Positions 45,031-48,272 of a stretch of DNA of 48,272 nucleotides are shown piece after piece. A model generated the notes under the pieces. That model ran no database searches. It was given only the letters and a program-made list of their open reading frames with translations, and was not told the DNA's origin. Source of the stretch: Parcubacteria group bacterium Gr01-1014_33 (GTDB lineage: Bacteria > Patescibacteriota > Minisyncoccia > Sungbacterales > HO2-52-23); NCBI GenBank assembly GCA_007376125.1, contig VMFQ01000016.1:1-48272 (forward strand), in the 5' to 3' direction. The translations under genes and the position numbers were made by a program. The number at the start of each line of letters is the position of its first letter. Within the stretch, counting starts at the first letter, position 1.

Positions 45031-45064
45031 AAAATCCCTCCGCCTCAAAACGGAAGGATTTTTT
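45031..45064. terminator. Bidirectional terminator
   Basis: AAAATCCCTCCG...CGGAAGGATTTT between convergent rplT and ZIP genes. Confidence 0.7.
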
Positions 45065-45080
45065 CTTATCTTTAAAGGAA

Positions 45081-45881
45081 TTACTCAAAAATGAAATGCG
45101 GCATCACAACGAGAAGCACTCCGATGGAGATGAAAAGAAGTTGGGCAAGAGAGTGGCGGAGGCGGGTGGACTCGTGAAGTTCCGGCATAAGATCGGTTGC
45201 GGCAAGATAGATAAAATTTCCCGCAACAAGCGCAAGGGCAATGGGTAAAATTGGCTCAAGAAAAGCTCCGAATATGTAGGTCAGAACCGCACCCAAAATT
45301 GTTGAAAGCGAAACGAAAAAGTTATACAAAAGCGCGCGGCTCTGCGCCATTCCTCCGTGAATTAACACCCCAAAATCTCCGATCTCTTGCGGTATCTCAT
45401 GGAATATCACTGCCATAGTAGTAAATATACCAAGCCGAGGATCTGCCAAGAATGCAAGCGCAATAATAATACCGTCAATGAAGTTATGCAGAAAATCTCC
45501 CCAGAGAATAAGGTAAGTATAGGTATGAACCGGACAATGCCCGTCGTGGCAATGATACCAAAAAAGAAACTTTTCAAGCACAAAAAAAAGAAAAATGCCT
45601 GCAAGTACAAAGGAAAGCACCAATTCCACTGCGCCGAAATTAATTACATGTACGATTTCATTCCCTATTAATGAGTCAGTGCCCAGATCTCCTGCCATCT
45701 TAATCGCTTCCGGAATCAATTCAAGAAATGCGACTCCCAAAAGCGCGCCAATCGCAAAGCTCACAATAAAGTGCGCGCCCCGTCTTATTCTCTCTTCTTC
45801 AAATATCGCAAGTGCACCGCCTGCGAATGAAACAACGCTTTCGGCGATAGAGGCTAACATTATCATCACAAGTGGTGTCAT
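45081..45881 (-). CDS. ZIP family metal transporter
   Basis: HNFIDG, HEIPQEIGDF, His-rich loop HCHDGHC, DLMPEL. Confidence 0.93.
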   Translation of the reverse strand: MTPLVMIMLASIAESVVSFAGGALAIFEEERIRRGAHFIVSFAIGALLGVAFLELIPEAIKMAGDLGTDSLIGNEIVHVINFGAVELVLSFVLAGIFLFFVLEKFLFWYHCHDGHCPVHTYTYLILWGDFLHNFIDGIIIALAFLADPRLGIFTTMAVIFHEIPQEIGDFGVLIHGGMAQSRALLYNFFVSLSTILGAVLTYIFGAFLEPILPIALALVAGNFIYLAATDLMPELHESTRLRHSLAQLLFISIGVLLVVMPHFIFE

Positions 45882-45890
45882 AATCAGTTT

Positions 45891-46143
45891 TTACTTGAGT
45901 AAGAAAAAGTTTGCATTTTTAAGATTGCATTTTTGCAACTCCTGTTTCTTCTTTTACTTCGCGCCGCACCGTCTTTTCTGTGGTCTCTCCTTTTTCAATA
46001 TGCCCTTTTGGAAAATCCCAATGGCCCAGTTTTGACTTTCCTGTTTTTTTATCCGCCTCGTCGGTATGTTGCAAAAGGAGATATTCTCTTCCCTTTTTTG
46101 TTTCGCGAAATATGACTGCACCGGCAGAACGTTCTATTGGCAT
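45891..46143 (-). pseudogene. NUDIX hydrolase (Ap4A hydrolase-like) with internal deletion
   Basis: ERSAGAVIF, WDFPKGHIEKGE.....VRREVKEETG, then a stop; probable true tail LKNANFFLLK* in another frame. Confidence 0.75.
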
Positions 46144-46201
46144 ACGGTTGATTTTTATTGTATGGTCTATTAAAATTGCGGTAAGAAACGAATGATCGTG
46201 T

Positions 46202-46290
46202 CAGCATCTTCAGCATCTTTTCCGCAGGCCACGCATTTATAATATTTTTCTTCTCCGCCCTAAACCCGCATTGCGGGTCGGGCGACGCAA
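46202..46290 (-). pseudogene. polX: Stranded duplicate of the polX 3' end with hairpin insert
   Basis: AEKKNIINAWPAEKMLKML (46258-46202) versus PolX ATRGDIINAHPLKEMLKFL; ACCCGCA-T-TGCGGGT palindrome at 46264-46278. Confidence 0.7.
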
Positions 46291-46297
46291 CACACGA

Positions 46298-48022
46298 CTA
46301 TCTTTCCTTAAGAAATTTAAGCATCTCCTTCAAAGGATGCGCATTGATAATATCTCCGCGTGTAGCCCACCCCCGGCGGGCTTGTCCGATACCCATTTCC
46401 AGATACTTGAAATGATTCACCGAATGTGCGTCCGAATCAATCGCCATCTTCACGCCTGCGTCCACGCACTTTCGCACATATTCATCTTTTATATCAAGCC
46501 GATCCGGATATGCGTCAATTTCAAGCACAGTGTTGGTACGACGCGCCGCTTTAATGATCTCGTCAATATCAAGCTCAATAGGTCCGCGCTTATGTATCAC
46601 CCGCGTGGTTAAGTGAAAAATAATGTCCACATTCGGATTTTCCATTGCGCGGATTATACGTTTTGTCTGTTCGGCGCGCGAAAGGGTAAAGTGGCTATGC
46701 GCCGCCGCGCCCGCTACATCAAGTTTTTTAAGCACGTCATCTTCAATATCAAGTGTTCCGTTTTTCATGATATTTACCTCCGCGCCTTTCAAAACTTTAA
46801 ACTTTAAATCTTTATACTTGCGATTGATTTTATCAATCGCCTCCATCTGCCGTAAAAGTTTTTTTTCGTCAGCCCCACCGGTCATCGCAAGCGACTTCGT
46901 ATGATCGGTGATCGCGATATAGCGAAGTCCCGCTGACATGGCGGCGCGCGCCATTTCCTCAATGGAATTTTCCCCGTCGGTCCAATCCGTTTGCATTTGG
47001 AGATCGCCTTGTATATCGCTGTAGCCGATTAATCTTGGCAATTTATTTTCTTGCGCCGCCTTTATTTCTCCCATATTCTCCCGCATTTCCGGCTCAATAT
47101 AGCGTAGTCCCAACTTTTCGTACACCTCTTCTTCCGTTCTCCCCGCAATCATCTTCTCTCCTTTGAAAAGCCCATATTCATTCAGTTTCCACCCTTTTTG
47201 TATCGCGATTTCGCGAAGCGCGATATTGTGCTCCTTTGATCCGGTAAAGTAATTCAACGCCGCGCCCCATGATTCTTTTGGCACCACTCGGAGATCCGCA
47301 TCAAGCCCGTTTTTTAATTTTACCAGGGTTTTGGTGGTGCCTTTCGCGTATACATGCGCTATGAACGGCAGTTTCAAAAATTGTTCCATCACACGCGCCG
47401 GTCTCTTCGAAGCCGCGAGAATATCTATATCTCCTATGGTTTCTTTCCTGCGGCGCACTGATCCGGCGACAAGCGCGCGCGCTACTTCGGGGAACAATTG
47501 AATCATTTTTTCAAGCGAACGAATTTCGGCAAGCGCGAACCCAAGCGCTTGCCTGCCGCCGGATTGTTTCAGAAATTCAATCCCCTTTAAAATTTTTTGT
47601 TCTGATTTTTCTCCAAAGCGTTCCAACGCGCGAATTTTTCCGGCGCGCGCGGCTTTTTCTAAATCGTTTACTGCGCGAACCCGAAGTTTTTCCCAAAGCA
47701 GTTTTACCATTTTGGGACCCACGCCTTCAATCGCAACAAGTCCCAACACGTCTATCGGATATTTTCTCTTAAAATCGCGGTACTCTTTGAAACTGCCTTT
47801 TTTAAAGAGTTCCTCAATATGCCCGGCAATGCCTTTGCCCACTCCGGGGATTTCCATGAGCGCGTCCGTTCCTCCGGTTTTGTAAATCTCCTCTGCCTCG
47901 CGCGCATACGTCTCAATTCCAAGCGCCGCCGCTTCGTATGCCTGCGGTTTGAACGAAACACCTTCCATTTCAAAAAACGCCGCTATCTCCCGAAGGATTT
48001 TTAAGATTTCTCGGTTGGTCAT
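46298..48022 (-). CDS. polX: DNA polymerase X with PHP domain
   Basis: IPGVGK, AGSVRR.KETIGDIDIL, YFTGSKEHN, AITDH, IDSDAH; start set to ATG 48022. Confidence 0.96.
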   Translation of the reverse strand: MTNREILKILREIAAFFEMEGVSFKPQAYEAAALGIETYAREAEEIYKTGGTDALMEIPGVGKGIAGHIEELFKKGSFKEYRDFKRKYPIDVLGLVAIEGVGPKMVKLLWEKLRVRAVNDLEKAARAGKIRALERFGEKSEQKILKGIEFLKQSGGRQALGFALAEIRSLEKMIQLFPEVARALVAGSVRRRKETIGDIDILAASKRPARVMEQFLKLPFIAHVYAKGTTKTLVKLKNGLDADLRVVPKESWGAALNYFTGSKEHNIALREIAIQKGWKLNEYGLFKGEKMIAGRTEEEVYEKLGLRYIEPEMRENMGEIKAAQENKLPRLIGYSDIQGDLQMQTDWTDGENSIEEMARAAMSAGLRYIAITDHTKSLAMTGGADEKKLLRQMEAIDKINRKYKDLKFKVLKGAEVNIMKNGTLDIEDDVLKKLDVAGAAAHSHFTLSRAEQTKRIIRAMENPNVDIIFHLTTRVIHKRGPIELDIDEIIKAARRTNTVLEIDAYPDRLDIKDEYVRKCVDAGVKMAIDSDAHSVNHFKYLEMGIGQARRGWATRGDIINAHPLKEMLKFLKER

Positions 48023-48120
48023 AGAGTAATCGCAAATATACGAATGTAAGAGTAATATACGAATATACAAATCCTTTCTCATTCGTATATTTGCGTTTGA
48101 TTCGTAATTCCGAGATTACT
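48020..48120 (-). repeat. ~100-bp quasi-palindromic element, copy 2
   Basis: Close match to 44318-44420; also ends in TACTCTATG. Confidence 0.85.
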
Positions 48121-48154
48121 CCTTGAGATGGTTTCAAAACTATTTCGTTGGGAA

Positions 48155-48271
48155 ATTTTAGATTCTTGAGCTGCGCCGAGAAAGACGAGCAAAAAGAGTT
48201 GAGGCGTAGTAGAACTACGGCGATACTCTTTTTGCGAAGTCTGACGAAGGCGTAGCCGAGAATCTGAAATT
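48155..48271. repeat. Nested-hairpin (MITE-like) element, possibly cut by the window end
   Basis: TTTAGATTCTTG...CGAGAATCTGAA outer arms, GCAAAAAGAGT/ACTCTTTTTGC middle, CGTAGT-AGA-ACTACG apex. Confidence 0.65.
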
Positions 48272-48272
48272 G

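Noticed and set aside
1..48272. CRISPR array, tRNA or rRNA genes, integrase or transposase
   Set aside because: No regularly spaced repeat-spacer series, cloverleaf or recombinase motifs seen by eye; a dedicated scan could still find something missed.
1..48272. Stop-codon reassignment (code 25)
   Set aside because: TGA ends conserved genes at the expected positions (glyA, leuS, argS, smpB) and long genes have no internal TGA.

Overview
Chromosomal window of a small-genome bacterium, most likely Patescibacteria/CPR (Parcubacteria-like; inferred from gene content and style), using genetic code 11. Housekeeping genes: a folate/one-carbon cluster (CofE-like glutamate ligase, folD, glyA, a putative S-component transporter, DHFR-like reductase, dcd), tsaC, yvcK, glmS, five aminoacyl-tRNA synthetases (leuS, metG, glyS, ileS, argS), tatD, recO, smpB-ssrA, infC-rpmI-rplT and polX. 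Toxin-antitoxin modules and orphan genes are interspersed. Most notable: (1) a probably leaderless Met-rich leader peptide (MDNKNSMMMMMMRMMNLFHVG) followed by a terminator, upstream of a SAM hydrolase-like gene and metG, i.e. a candidate methionine-sensing ribosomal attenuator; (2) six diverged stranded copies of housekeeping gene ends (glyA, glmS, polX 3'; tatD twice and argS 5'), three bracketing cargo genes, with no integrase in view; (3) a GxxExxY nuclease gene inside perfect 18-bp inverted repeats, with related gene-less elements elsewhere; (4) many palindromic and 7-mer repeat insertions kept in frame inside essential genes; (5) internal deletions in glmS, ileS, infC and others that are probably assembly artefacts. 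All calls come from reading the sequence; no searches were run.
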